This document shows, one piece after another, positions 63,453 through 64,000 of a stretch of DNA of 64,000 bases. The number at the start of each line of letters is the position of its first letter. Position 1 is the first letter of the stretch. The position numbers and the translations under genes are program-made. Origin of the DNA: Microcaecilia unicolor (taxonomy: Eukaryota); the NCBI RefSeq assembly GCF_901765095.1, contig NC_044034.1, positions 62,690,339-62,754,338 on the forward strand. The letters are read 5' to 3'. The notes beneath the pieces are model-generated. The model was not told where the DNA came from, did no database searches, and saw only the letters and a list, made by a program, of their open reading frames with translations.

Positions 63453-64000
63453 GTATAAAACAGTAGGTCCTATGACGTTATGAGCAGAAACAGGAGGTAA
63501 ATAGTTCTGCTCTGTTGGGTCCGTGCTGTCTCTGCAACTCCCCTTTAATGAAATTGAACCTCCAAAGCAGGGCTTTTGGGTAGGCATACCAAAGCTTTGA
63601 CTCTGACTCTTCTATTTTTCTACTATCTGAGTCCGAAACTGACTCCTACGTGTGAGGTAAATCTAAGAGAAACTTGATTAATTACAGAAATATTGGATAT
63701 TTCTTTATGTACAAAATTAGGACTAATAGACCACAAAATAAATTTATTTGAAGTTTGAACAAAGAATCTGAATTAAAAAAAAAGTATAAAATTATACATT
63801 TAGCATATATTATGTTTTAAGTTTTTATTTTGACACTGGATTCAGTACATTTTTACCTACTCTGACTCCACCCAAAATTGCTTCCAACTCCACAGCCATG
63901 CTCCAAAGTGACCTAGGAATAGAGAGTCACAAATTGGGGCTGCAATGAAGTGAAATGACAAAGAAACCTCCAAGGAGAGAGAGAAAAGGTGCCCATGCGG

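Overview
This window is vertebrate nuclear DNA. It is AT-rich, intron-dominated, shows GT-AG splicing and is packed with interspersed repeats. The repeat repertoire suggests a non-mammalian tetrapod, perhaps an amphibian such as a caecilian, but I cannot verify the species. There are no prokaryotic operons, CRISPR arrays or rRNA/tRNA genes. The only tRNA-like sequences are SINE heads.

The one clear host gene is the 5' two-thirds of an MPHOSPH8 (MPP8, HUSH-complex chromodomain/ankyrin protein) orthologue on the + strand. It has a TATA-less CpG-island promoter with two CCAAT boxes around 7.5-7.8 kb. Nine coding exons lie between 7772 and 61932. They encode the chromodomain, the long K/E/S-rich linker and the first ankyrin repeats, and the gene continues past the window end. 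Every exon has a consensus splice site and the reading phase is conserved throughout (1968 coding nt = 656 codons).

The introns are filled with transposable elements:
- an apparently full-length L2/CR1-superfamily LINE with an uninterrupted 1150-aa EN+RT ORF (39985-43437, - strand)
- an apparently intact Tc1/mariner DNA transposon (44667-46258) with near-identical ~200-bp IR/DR terminal repeats, TA target-site duplication and a 340-aa DD34E transposase ORF
- several CR1-like, L2-like and L1-like LINE fragments, including an L1-like fragment nested inside a CR1 copy with a ~14-bp TSD
- tRNA-derived SINEs whose 3' tail matches the intact LINE's 3' UTR
- Harbinger/PIF-like MITEs with TTA/TAA TSDs
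- a ~1.8-kb palindromic foldback structure
- a 78-bp in-frame minisatellite expanded inside a CR1 endonuclease domain
- proline-rich and GT/GA tandem repeats
- many long poly-G and poly-C homopolymers.

All protein identifications come from reading the supplied ORF translations against remembered family motifs. No database search was run.
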